NCBI RefSeq assembly: GCF_963921235.1
Contig: NC_086109.1
Coordinates: 992,001-1,056,000, forward strand
Direction of reading: 5' to 3'
DNA: 64,000 bases
Source: Mobula hypostoma
Lineage: Eukaryota
The position numbers and the translations under genes are program-made. The notes below the pieces were generated by a model that was not told where the DNA came from, made no database searches, and saw only the letters and a program-made list of their open reading frames with translations. Shown piece by piece: positions 35,649 through 48,184 of this stretch (position 1 is the stretch's first letter; every line of letters starts with the position of its first letter).

Positions 35649-35899
35649 GTGGAAGTGTGGATCGTATGGAAGATTATCAAAGGCCACTTGTGAGGTGATG
35701 CACTTTGGGAGATCAAATGTAAAGTGAAAATACATTGTTAATGGCAAGACCCTGAGCACTGGTGTTGTGCAGAGGGATCTAGGGGTCCAAGTCCATTGCT
35801 CCCTAAAAGTGACAACACAGATTGATAGCGGTGCTTAAAAGGCTCTCCGATAGGCACATAAGTGTGCAGGGAATGGAGAGAAATGAATGTCATGTAGAC

Positions 35900-38800
35900 G
35901 GAAAGGATGAGTTCAAAGTAAATTTATTAACTATGTACATACAGTATATGTCATCATATACAACCCTGAGATTCATTTTCTTGAAGGCATACTTAATAAA
36001 TCGATAATAAAATCAATGGATGATTGCATCAGCTTGGACTTGCAACCAGTGTGTGAAAAATAAGAACAGTACAAGTACTAAAAGAAAGAAATAATAATAA
36101 TAAATAAATAAGCAATAAATATCAGAACATGAGATGAAGGGTCCTTGAAAGTGAGTCCATAGGTTGAGTGAAGTTATCCACTTTGGTTCAAGAGACTTAT
36201 GGCTCAGGGGTAATAACTTTTCCTGAACATGGTTGTGTGAGTGCTAAGCCTCCTGATAGCAGTGAGAAGAGAGCAAGTTCTGGGGGTTGGTGTCCCTGGT
36301 GATGGATACTGCTTTCCTGCAACAACACTTCATGTAGTTCCGCTCATTGATGGGGAGGTCTTTACCCTTGATGGACTGGGCTGTATCCACTACTTTTTTG
36401 TAGGATTTTCCATTCAAGAGTATTAGTGTTTCCATGCTAGGCTGTGATGCAGTCGGTCAATATACTCTCCACTACACAGCAAGAGAAGTTTGTCAGTGTT
36501 TCAGATGTCACGTGAACTTTTGCAAACTCATAATATGTAGAAAGGCTGCTGTGTTGCACTTGCATTCTGGGCTCAGGGCAGGTCCTAAATAACAGCACCA
36601 AGGAATTTAAAGTTGCTGAAGCACTCCACCTCAGCTCCTCCAAAGAGCATTGGCTCATGGACCTCTGGTTTCCTCCCCCTGAACTCAATAATCAGCTCCT
36701 TGGTCTTGCTGATATGGAGTAAGAGGTTGTTGTTATGACACCACTCAGCCAGCTTTTCAATCTCCCTCTCAAATGCTCATTCATCACCACCTTGATTTGG
36801 CCCGGGAGAGGGGTGTCATCAGCAAACTTGAATATGGCACTGGAGCTGTGAATAGCCACACAGTCATAAGTGTAAAGCGAGTAGAATAGGGGGCTAAGTA
36901 CACAGCCTTGTGGTGCACCTGTACTGATGGAGACCGTAGAGGAGATGTTTTTGCCAATCTGAACTAACTGTGGTCTGCAGCTGAGGAAATCGAGGATCCA
37001 ATTGTACAAGGATAATTGATTAGTTTTGAGGGGATGAATGCCAAACTGTAGTCAATAAAGAGAATCTTGGATTAATGTATCTTTGCTCTCCAGAGGTTCC
37101 AGGGTTGAGTGAAGATCCAATGATCTGCTATGAACCTGTTTCTCCCAGAAGCAAATTGGAAAAGATCCAAGTCACTTCTCAGGCCAGAGTTGATATGTTC
37201 CATCACCAACCTCTCAAAACACTTCATTACTGGGATGTAAGTGCAACTGGATGATAGTCATTGAGACAGATTACCAATTTCTTCTGAGGCACTGGCATAA
37301 TTGAAACCTACCTGAAGGCGGGCATCTCAGACTGCCAAAGCAACAGATTAAAGATTTCAGTGAACACTTCAGCCAGTCGATCAGTACAGGTCCATAGTAC
37401 TTGACCAGGTACCCCACCTGAGCTGGATACTTTTCCAGACATCCCACCTCTCCCGGAACTTCTGGGAGTGGCTCCCTGATGCCCGCAAATTATATACAAT
37501 GTCCCGGAAATTGATTTTTTTTGAGAGTGAGCGTCAGAGCAAGCGCAAGAGCAAGAAAGCAAGCGCGACTGAGAGCAACCGTGAGAGAGAGCGAGAGAGC
37601 GAGCGCGAGTGAGAGCGACTGCGAGAGAGAGAGCGAGAGAGTTCCAAAAAAAGAAAATATAAAACGTACGTCACCCCAGACTACCCTAAAGTGTACCTCT
37701 GCCTAATAGGGCTCAAAATAATGACAATGTTGCTCGCTGCACTGTTTGCAACAGTGACTTTTCTATTGCCCATGGTGGGTTAAGACTGTAAAAGGCATGT
37801 TGAGGTGAGTTTAACAGGTGTCATTCGTTCATTAGTATAGCTAACGTTATTTAAACTAGCTGGCTAGCTGCTAAGGAGCTACTCTATTGCAGACATCACA
37901 TCTCTCCCGGAAGTCTCGCACAAATTGATGGTGCTACCTCCCTGAAATGAGTTTTTGCAGGGTGGGATGTTTGCTTTTCATGCGTTCACCATCCCAAAGG
38001 CTACCTGCTTGTCGGCCTCTGAGGCTGAAATCACAGGATCATTGGTGGCTGTGGATGTTTGTGATGGTTCCTCCGTGTTTTGACAGTCAAAGTGAGCACA
38101 GAAGACATTGAGCTCATAAAGTCATGGATTCATAGAAAAGTACAGCACAGAAACAGGCCCTTCAACCCATCTAGTCTGTGCCAAATCATTTAAACTACCT
38201 ACTCCCATCAACCAGCATCAGGACCATAGACCTCCATGCCCCTACCATCCATGTACCTATCCAAACTTCTCTTAAATGTTGCATTTGAGCTGGCATGCAC
38301 CACTTGCATTGATAGTTCATTCCAAACTCTCACAACCCTCTGTGTGAAGTTTCCCCTCATGTTCCTCTTAAACTTTTCAACTTTCACCCTTAAGTCATGG
38401 ACCCTAGTTGTAGTCCCACCTACCCTCACCTGGAAGCAAAGTCCTGTTGTTGCCTATGTTACTTGATTTAGCTTTACAAGAGGTGATAGTATTCAAGCCA
38501 CCACAACTGTTGAGCATCCTTCGTTAATTCAAGTTTCATCTGGAATTGCCTGCTTGACCGTGAGATGGCTTTCTGGAGATTGTACCTGGACTTCTTGTAA
38601 ATTTCTTGGTCATAAGACTTGAATGCCTCTGATCTGGCCTGTAGTGGATCTTGAATCTTGTGACTCATTCAGGGGTTCTGGTTGGGGAAGACTCTGAATG
38701 ACTTTGTGGGGACACACTCACCCACAACTGTTTTAATAAAGTCTGTAACAATCGTGATGTATTCGTTCAGTGGCCCAGTCCACTGACTGAAAGCAATCCT

Positions 38801-39040
38801 ATAGCTGCTCCTCTGATGCCCACAACTGCCTCTTTGGAGTTTTGGTCTTTAGTCTCTGCAGGTAGGACAAGGACAACCAGCTGATCAGATTTATCGAAAC
38901 CTGGTCTGGGCATTCCTTATCTTAGTATAACAGTAGTTTATTGTGTTGGGACCGCTGATGGTAATATGCTGATGGAAATTGGGCAAGGTTTTCTTCAAGA
39001 AAGCCTAGTTGAAGTCCCCGACTATGATATGGAATGTGTT
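35900..39040 (-). mobile_element. Decayed Rex1/L2-type LINE with nested MITE and CR1 pieces
   Basis: [39 protein letters not shown] (ORF 36692-37009). Confidence 0.8.
37436..37973 (+). mobile_element. 538-bp non-autonomous hAT-like DNA transposon with 6-bp TSD
   Basis: TIRs CAGACATCCCACC / GGTGGGATGTTTG; TSD CTTTTC (37430-37435, 37974-37979); frameshifted zinc-finger remnant ARCTVCNSDFSIAHGG..DCKRHVE. Confidence 0.8.
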
Positions 39041-40585
39041 AAACATAGAAAATAGGTGCAGGAGTAGGCCATTCGGCCCTTCGAGCCTGCACCATCATTT
39101 ATTATGATCATGGCTGATCATCCAACTCAGATCCCTGCCCCAGTCTTCCCTCCATACCCCCTGATCCCCGTAGCCACAAGGGCCATATCTAACTCCCTCT
39201 TAAATATAGCCAATGAACTGGCCTCAACTGTTTCCTGTGGCAGAGAATTCCACAGATTCACCACTCTCTGTGTGAAGAAGTTTTTCCTAACCTCAGTCCT
39301 AAAAGGCTTCCCCTTTATCCTCAATCTGTGACCCCTCATTCTGGACTTCCCCAACATCGGGAACAATCTTCCTGCATCTAGCTTGTCCAATCCCTTTAGG
39401 ATTTTATACGTTTCAATCAGATACCCCCTCAATCTTCTAAATTCCAACGAGTACAAGCCTAGTCGATCCAGTCTTTCTTCATATGAAAGTCCTGCCATCC
39501 CAGGAATCAATCTGGTGAAACTTCTTTGTACTCCCTCTATGGCATGGATGTCTTTCCTCAGATTAGGGGACCAAAACTGCACACAATACTCCAGGTGTGG
39601 TCTCACCAAGGCCTTGTACAACTGCAGTAGTACCTCCCTGCTCCTGGACTCGAATCCTCTCGCTATAAATGCCAGCATACCATTCGCCTTTTTCACAGCC
39701 TGCTGTACCTGCATGTCCACTTTCAATGACTGGTGTATAATGACACCCAGGTCTCGTTGCACCTCCCCTTTTCCTAATCGGCCACCATTCAGATAATAAT
39801 CTGTTTTCCTATTTTTGCCACCAAAGTGGATAACTTCACATTTATCCACATTAAATTGCATCTGCCATGAATTTGCCTACTCACCCAACCTATCCAAGTC
39901 ACCCTGCATCCTCCTCACTGCTAACACTGCCACCCAGCTTCGTGTCATCCGCAAACTTGGAGATGCTGCATTTAATTCCCTCATCCAAGTCATTAATATA
40001 TATTGTAAACAACTGGGGTCCCAGCACTGAGCCTTGCGGTACCCCACTAGTCACTGCCTGCCATTCTGAAAAGGTCCCGTTTATTCCCACTCTTTGCTGC
40101 CTGTCTGCTAACCAATTCTCTATCCACATCAATACCTTACCCCCAATACCGTGTGCTTTAAGTTTGCACACTAATCTCCTGTGTGGGACCTTGTCAAAAG
40201 CCTTTTGAAAATCCAAATATACCACATCCACTGGTTCTCCCCTATCCACTCTACTAGTTACATCCTCAAAAAATTCTATGAGATTCGTCAGACATGATTT
40301 TCCTTTCACAAATCCATGCTGACTTTGTCCGATGATTTCACCGCTTTCCAAATGTGCTGTTATCACATCTTTGATAACTGACTCCAGCAGTTTCCCCACC
40401 ACCGACGTTAGGCTAACCGGTCTATAATTCCCCGGTTTCTCTCTCCCTCCTTTTTTAAAAAGTGGGGTTACATTAGCCACGCTCCAATCCTCAGGAACTA
40501 GTCCAGAATCTAACGAGTTTTGAAAAATTATCACTAATGCATCCACTATTTCTTGGGCTACTTCCTTAAGCACTCTGGGATGCAC
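39040..40585 (-). mobile_element. Young 5'-truncated CR1 LINE
   Basis: ORFs 39899-40585 and 39127-39861 with intact RT motifs ([29 protein letters not shown]). Confidence 0.93.
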
Positions 40586-40714
40586 TCTTGGGTTGGACTG
40601 TTTTTGTTTGGAGTTTAATTAGGTGTTTCATTAATATGGCCCAACATTGTAGGTTGAGAAGCCTGTTCCTGAGCTACGTTCTGAAAAGATCCACAAGGAT
40701 GTTGCCAGTAAGAG

Positions 40715-41800
40715 AATAAGACCATAAGGTATAGGAGCAGAACTAGGCTATTTGGTCCATCGAGCTGCTCTGCCATTTTATCATGGCTGATCCAATTTTT
40801 TCCCTCAACTCCAAACTCCCGACTTCTCCCCATATCCCTTCATGCCCAGACCAATAAAGAATCTCAACCTCTGCCTTAAATATGCCCAATGATTTGGCCT
40901 CCACAGCTGCCTGTGGCAATGAATTCCACAGATTCATCACTTGCTGCCTGAAGAAATTACTCCTAATCATTCTAAAGGATGTCCCTCCATTCTGAGACTA
41001 TGTCCTCTGGTCCTAGACTCTCTCACCATAGGAAACATCTTCTCCACAACCACACTATCAAGGCCTTTCACCATTTGATAGGTTTCAATTAGGTATCCCT
41101 TATTACTAGACACTAGACACTAGAGTACTACTGCACAGTACAGTCCCTTCGGCCCTCGATGTTGTGCCGACCCATATATTCCTTAAAAAAAAGTACTAAA
41201 CCCCGTAACCCTGTATTTTTCTTTCATCCATGTGCCTGTCCAAGAGGCTCTTAAATACCCCGAATGTTTTAGCCTTCACCACCATCCCTGGCAAGTCATT
41301 CCAGGCACCCACAACCCTCTGTGTAAAAAAACTTACCCCTGTTGTCTCCCCTAAACTTCCCTCCCTTAACTTTGTACATATGCCCTCTGGTGTTTGGTAT
41401 TCGTGCCCTGGGAAACAGGTACTGGCTATCCACCCTATCTATGCCTCTCATAATCTTGTAGACCTCTATCAAGTCCCCCCTCATCCTTCTACGCTCCAAA
41501 GAGAAAAGTCCCAGCTCTGCTAACCTTGCCTCATAAGACTTGTTTTCCAATCCAGGCAACATCCTGGTAAATCTCCTCTGCACCCTCTCCATAGCTTCCA
41601 CATCCTTCCTATAATGAGGTGACCAGAACTGAACACAATATTCTAAGTGAGGTCTCACCAGCGATTTGTAGAGTTTCAACATGACCTCTCTACTCTTGAA
41701 CTCAATTCCCCTGTTAATGAAGCCTAGCATCCCATAGGCCTTCTTAACTATCCTATTCTTCTGAATTCTAGAGAATACTGGCCAAGAGCCATCAAACACT
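40715..41800 (-). mobile_element. Two nested CR1 3' fragments
   Basis: ORF 41296-41799 LVRPHLEYCVQFWSPHYRKD; (CACTAGA)n tail at ~41105-41125. Confidence 0.85.
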
Positions 41801-42436
41801 TGTTACATAATGATAATAATGACTATTAATTCCGAGTGGGAAATTACTTCGTTATAGCAGCAACATTTAAAAACACACCTAGCAGTGTGCAGACTTAACT
41901 AAGTAAAAGTACAGAATAATAACATACACAATAGTAATTTACCAATGTGCAGTAATGTGTAATAATAATGTACAAAATTAACAAAGCAGAGACTATTTTA
42001 CTATGATTTGATGGAGACAGACGTGAGAGCGCGGAGGAACACCTGGAGAAACTTATGGAATGCCTGTTTCGCTGCCGCTGCTACTGTGTGATCCAGAATC
42101 TGCGGAGGGGGAGGCCCCGAGTCCTCAGCTTTGCTTGTTACTCGGCAGCCGGGGCGGGGTCGAAGCGCTCGGCAGAGATGGTGCTCGCTGCTCTGTGTCG
42201 GAGGGCTGGTCGGAGGCTCGAAGTTTTCAGACAGACTCAGAGTCGGCTGTAGTCGGGTGCTTCCAGGGTGCTGCATCGGCAAGTTTGTGGCGCTGGAGGT
42301 TCATGGCAGGGAGAGTTTCTCCCTTCTACCGTCTGTGTGAGATGTTGGGCGATCAGGGCTTTGAGACTTTTTTTTACCGTGCCCATGGTCTGCTCTTATC
42401 AAATTACGGTATTGGTTTGCACTGTTGTAACTATAT

Positions 42437-42576
42437 CCTTCAGTTAGTCCTGACGAAGGGTCTCGGCCTGAAACGTCGACTGCACTTCTTCCTATAGATG
42501 CTGCCTGGCCTGCTGCGTTCACCAGCAACTTTTATGTGTGTTGCTTGAATTTCCAGCATCTGCAGAATTCCTGTTG
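42437..42576 (+). mobile_element. 140-bp solo Penelope pLTR fragment
   Basis: Matches the pLTR at 63720-63822; possible short TSD TATAT (42432-42436, 42577-42581). Confidence 0.8.
42446..42481 (+). ncRNA. Minimal type I hammerhead ribozyme motif
   Basis: AGTC-CTGACGA-AGGGTCTCGGCCT-GAAA-CGTC-GACT, intact. Confidence 0.8.
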
Positions 42577-43609
42577 TATATGTTATAATTATGTGGTTTT
42601 TGTCAGTTTTAGCCTTGGTCTGTCCTGTGTTTCTGTGATATCATACTGGAGGAACATTATATCATTTCTTAATGCATGCATTACTAAATGACAATAAACG
42701 AGGACTGAGTGTCCTCATAATCTAATAATCTAATCTAATTTCTCAATGTGTAGTGGAAAGTGTATTGACTGGCTGCATTGCAGCCTGGTATAGAAATAAC
42801 AATGCCTTTGAATGGAAAATCCTGCAAAAGGTAGTGGAATCGGTCCACTATATCATTGGTAAAGCCCTCCAAACCATTTACAGCAGCATATCTACATGAA
42901 ACGCTGTCGCAGGAAAGTAGTGCCTGTCATCAGAGATCCCCTCCACCCAGGCCATGCTCTTTTCTTGCTGCTGCCATTAGGTGGAAGGTATAAGAGCCTC
43001 AGGACTTGAACCACCAGGTTCAAGAACAGTTACTACCCCTCAACCATCAGGCTGTTGGGGATAACCACACCCACTTGCCCATCCATTGAGATGTTCCTGG
43101 AACCAATTATCTCACTTTAAGGTCTCTTTATCTTGTTATTTCATGGTTATTTATTGCTATTTATTTACATTTGCATTTGCACAGTTTGCTGTCTTCTGCA
43201 CTCTGGTTGAACTTTCATTGATCCTGTTATAATTACTATTCTATAGATTTGCTGAGTATGCCTGCAGGAAAATGAATTTCAGGGTTGTATGTGGTTACAT
43301 ATATATATTCTGATGATAAAATTTACTTTGAACTTTTAATAGGCAGGACAGTAAGTTGTATAGGGCAGAAGGAAGTTGGACAGGTATATTGATGAGTTCA
43401 GTGAGGAGGCTAAGGTCTGGAAATGGAGAAGAATATGGACAGCAGAAAACTGCCTATTTAGTAGGAAAAATAACATTATCCAAAGACTGCTGAGCACTGG
43501 GGTGTAGAGGTTTAGGGGCAGTCACAATCCACAGGCCAGCAGCTGTGTGGTATTGTTTATTGTTAGAGGATTGAAGGCATAGTAATGAGGCTGTGTTTCA
43601 GTTATGTCG

Positions 43610-44400
43610 ATTACACAGAATTTAGCACAGGACAGCCCCTTCAGCCACAATGTTGTGCCGATCTTTTAATCTACACTAAGATCAATCTAACCCATCCCTC
43701 CTGCAAAACCCTCAATTTTTCTATCATCCACATGCCTTTCTAAGACTTCCTTAAATGCCACTAATGTATCTGCCGCTACCACCATCCCTGGTAGGGCATA
43801 CAGCATACCCAACATGCTCTGTGTAAAGAACTTAACTCTGACTCCCCCTTATATGTTCCTCCAGTCACATTAAAATTATGTCCTCTTGTATTAGCCAATT
43901 TACTCTGGGAAAAATCTCTGGCTATCTACTCAATTTATGCCTCTTATCATAAGATAAAGAAGAAGAATTAGGCCATTTGGTTCATCAGGTCAGCTCTACC
44001 AGTTCATCATGGCTGAGCCATTTTCCCTCTCAGCCCCAACTTCCTGCCTTCTCCCCAAATCCCTTCATGCTCTGACTAATCAAGAATCTTATCAACCTCT
44101 GCCTTAAATATACCCTGTGAATGGCCTCTACAGCCACCTGTGGCAACGAATTCCACAGATTTACCATCTCTGGCTCAAGGAATTCCTCCTTATCTCTGTT
44201 CTAAAAGGACACCTCTCTATTCTGAGGCTGTGTCCTCTGGTCTTAGACTCCCTCACCGTATGACACATCCTCTCCACATCAACTCTATCGAGGCCCTTCA
44301 ACATTCGATAGGTTTCAATGAGGTCACCACTTATTCTTTTGAATTCCAGTGAGTAGAGGCCCAGGGCCATCAAATGCTCTTCATATGACAAAATGCTGCT
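43610..44400 (-). mobile_element. Two CR1 3' fragments
   Basis: YEEHLMALGLYSLEFKRISGDLIETYRMLKG (ORF 44161-44415). Confidence 0.8.
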
Positions 44401-44873
44401 CATATGACAAAACACTCCTCATGTGACAAATACACCTATAATCACGTACACCTAGCAGTGTTACTGGTGAGATTTGAGAGCAGTGTGGTCTCCCTATTTG
44501 AGGCGTAATGTAGTCTTTTAGAAACCGTTTAAAGCTTCACTGGACTAATAGCTGAAATGGGGAGATTGAACATGGTAGTCTGGGGGCAAAGAATCCTCTC
44601 CTGCTCCACACCTGTGTTTTTGTATGTTTCGAGTTGTTGTGAAGCTTTGTACATGGAGAGGTCACAGTAACTGCTTTGTGAGAATATTTCATGAGTTCTG
44701 CCATCCCCCAGCATCAATGTGTTTGACCATTGCTCATTCTTGTTCCCAATCCCCTCCTTTACATCTGGCCAAAGACTGCAAACAGTCTTCCATTGTCCAT
44801 TACTGAATCATCCCACGGGCACAGTCCAATGTGCAGCAGAGCAAGACCCAGCTGTGCCTTCTCTCTCTCAGCT

Positions 44874-47010
44874 ACTCCCCCACGCACCCTCTCACCAGTC
44901 TGTCACTCTGTCACTCCGTCACTCTTCCCTCAGTCACTCCCCCACGCACCCTCTCACCATTCTGTCACTCTGTCACCCCGTCACTCATCCCTCAGTCACT
45001 CCCCCACGCACCCTCTCACCATTCTGTCACTCTGTCACCCTGTCACTCATCCCTCAGTCACTCCCCCACGCACCCTCTCACCACTTTGTCACTCTGTCAC
45101 TCCATCACTCTTCCCTCAGTCACTCCCTCACGCACCCTCTCACCAGTCTGTCACTCTGTCACTCTTCCCTCAGTTACTCCCCACGCACCCTCTCACCACT
45201 CTGTCACTCTGTCACTCCGTCACTCTTCCCTCAGTCACTCCCCCACTCACCCTCTCACCAGTCTGTCACTCTGTCACTCTTCCCTCAGTCACTCCCCACG
45301 CACCCTCTCACCACTCTGTCACTCTGTCACTCCATCACTCTTCCCTCAGTCACTCCCCCACGCACCCTCTCACCAGTCTGTCACTCTGTCACTCTTCCCT
45401 CAGTCACTCCCCCACGCACCCTCTCACCAGTCTGTCACTCCGTCACTCTTCCCTCAGTCACTCCCTCATGCACCCTCTCACCACTCTGTATCTCTGTCAC
45501 TCCGTCACTCTTCCCTCAGTCACTCCCCCACGCACCCTCTCACCAGTCTGTCACTCTTCCCTCAGTCACTCCCCACGCACCCTCTCACCACTCTGTCACT
45601 CTGTCACTCAGTCACTCTTCCCTCAGTCACTCCCCCACGCACCCTCTCACCAGTCTGTCACTCTTTCCTCAGTCACTTCCCACGCACCCTCTCACCAGTC
45701 TGTCACTCTGTCACTCTTCCCTCAGTCACTCCCCACGCACCCTCTCACCAGTCTGTCACTCCGTCACTCTTCCCTCAGTCACTCCCTCACGCACCCTCAC
45801 CACTCTGTATCTCTGTCACTCCGTCACTCTTCCCTCAGTCACTCCCCCATGCACCCTCTCACCAGTCTGTCACTCTGTCACTCCATCACTCTTCCCTCAG
45901 TCACTCCCCCACGCAACCTCTCACCAGTCTGTCACTCTGTCACTCATCCCTCAGTCACTCCCCACGCACCCTCTCACCACTCTGTCACTCTTCCCTCAGT
46001 CACTCCCCCACGCAACCTCTCACCAGTCTGTCACTCTGTCACTCTTCCCTCAGTCACTCCCTCACGCACCCTCTCACCAGTCTGTCACTCTGTCACTCTT
46101 CCCTCAATCACTCCCCACGCACCCTCTCACCACTCTGTCACTCTGTCACTCAGTCACTCTTCCCTCAGTCACTCCCCCACGCACCCTCTCACCAGTTTGT
46201 CACTCCGTCACTCTTCCCTCAGTCACTCCCCACGCACCCTCTCACCATTCTGTCTCACCGTCATTCTTCCCTCAGTCACTCCCCCACGCACCCTCTCACC
46301 ACTCTGTCACTCCGTCACTCTTCCCTCAGTCACTCCCCACGCACTATCTCACCACTCTGTCACTCTGTCACTCTTCCCTCAGTCACTCCCCCACGCACCC
46401 TCTCACCACTCTGTCACTCCATCACTCTTCCCTCAGTCACTCCCCCACGCACCCTCTCACCAGTCTGTCACTCCGTCACTCTTCCCTCAGTCACTCCCCC
46501 ACGCACCTTCTCACCAGTCTGTCACTCCGTCACTCTTCCCTCAGTCACTCCCTCACGCACCCTCTCTCCAGTCTGTCACTCAGTCACTCTTCCCTCAGTC
46601 ACTCCCTCACGCACCCTCTCTTCAGTCTGTCACTCCGTCACTCTTCCCTCAGTCACTCCCCCACGCACCCTCTCACCAGTCTGTCACTCCGTCACTCTTC
46701 CCTTAGTCACTCCCTCACGCACCCTCTCTCCAGTCTGTCACTCCGTCACTCTTCCCTCAGTCACTCCCTCACGCACCCTCTCACCAGTCTGTCACTCTGT
46801 CACTCCATCACTCTTCCTTCAGTCACTCCCTCACGCACCCTCTCACCACTCTGTCACTCTGTCACTCCTCCCTCAGTCACTCCCCCACGCACCCTCTCAC
46901 CACTCTGTCACTCTGTCACTCCATCACTCTTCCCTCAGTCACTCCCTCACGCACCCTCTCACCAGTCTGTCACTCTGTCACTCCGTCACTCTTCCCTCAG
47001 TCACTCCCCA
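44874..47010. repeat. 2.1-kb satellite; unit CTCCCCCACGCACCCTCTCACCA(G/C)T(CTGTCACT)n(CCGTCACT)CTTCCCTCAGTCA
   Basis: Roughly 35-45 highly similar units of ~45-65 bp; length varies with the number of internal 8-mers. Confidence 0.95.
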
Positions 47011-47039
47011 CCACTCTCGCTCCTCCCTGGTACTCTCAG

Positions 47040-47056
47040 CATCTTTTTGTGTTTGT

Positions 47057-47097
<41 letters not shown>

Positions 47098-48110
47098 GTC
47101 TCTCACTCTCACATTCTCACTCACACACACACACACACACACACACGTTCTCACTCACTCACTCTCCCTTCTGTCCCCTCTCTCCCTCTCCCTTTGCACT
47201 CACCCTCTATACCCCTCTGGCCCCTCTGTCATGCTCCCTTCCCCCTCTTACCCATCCCTCACCCTCTTACACCCCTCGCTCACTCTCTCACCTCCTCCTT
47301 AATCCTACTTGGCCCGCTCCCACCCACTCTCCCTTCTCATCCACCCTCACCCTCACTCTACTCCTTTCTCTTTCTCTCTCCCTCTCAACCTCTACCTCTC
47401 ATATCTATCACCACCTCTCACCTTCACTCACCCTCACTATCTCTCACCATTCTCCACGCCCTCTTGATGTCCCTCAACCTCTGTCTCCCCTCCCTTCCCC
47501 TCCCCTCTCTCACCCTCCCACATCCTCTCATCCTCTCTCACCTTCTCACACCCTCCCTCACCCTGTCTCACCTCTATCTCTTCTCTCTCCCCTCTCTCCC
47601 TCTCTGACCCTCCCTCATCCTCCCTCATAATCTACCATTCTCGCTCACCCCTTTTCCCTCTCTCAACCACTCTCACCCTTCTTCACCCTCCTACTCTCCC
47701 CCTCTCACCGACCCTCACCCAATCTCACCCTCCTCAATCTCTCTCTCACCTCCTTCCCATCTCTCATCCTCTCCCACCCTTCTCTCTCTCACAGCCCCCT
47801 CTCTGCCTCCCTCCATCTCTCTCTCTGCCCCTCCCTCCACCCCTCTCTCTGCCTCCCTCCATCCCTCTCTCTGCCCCTCCCTCCACCCCTCTCTCTGCCT
47901 CCATCCATCCCTCTCTCTGCCCCTCCCTCCACCCCTCCCTCTGCCTCTCTCAATCCCTCTCTCTGCCCCTCCCTCCACCCCCCTCTCTGCCTCTCTCAAT
48001 CCCTCTCTCTGCCCCTCCCTCCACCCCTCTCTCTGCCTCTCTCTCAACCTGCAACAGACCCTCTCACAACCTTTTTCGCAGCCCCTCTCTCACTCTCTCT
48101 TATACCCCTC
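47040..48110. repeat. Polypyrimidine/polypurine low-complexity tract with (CT)n, (CA)n and a ~23-bp CTCTCTCTGCCCCTCCCTCCACC array (~47790-48046)
   Basis: Direct inspection. Confidence 0.9.
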
Positions 48111-48184
48111 TCTTCGTACTTGAAATGTCCACTGGCCTCAGTTTCCATTTTCCTGCCATTCCATTTCCTCTCCTTTACAAAGAG

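Larger units (their letters stand above)
42000..43335 (+). mobile_element. GC-rich short retroelement with (TAATC)n tail (~42000-42740) followed by a Rex1/L2 3' fragment
   Basis: AATAAA then ATAATCTAATAATCTAATCT tail; downstream fragment has CACCCAGGCCATGCTCTTTTCTTGCTGCTGCCA and ACCACCAGGTTCAAGAACAGTTAC. Confidence 0.55.

Noticed and set aside
44719..47607. Long ORFs of 962, 823 and 658 aa in all three plus-strand frames
   Set aside because: They arise from a satellite that lacks stop codons on this strand. Unit lengths are not multiples of three and the peptides are low-complexity S/L/H/P/T.
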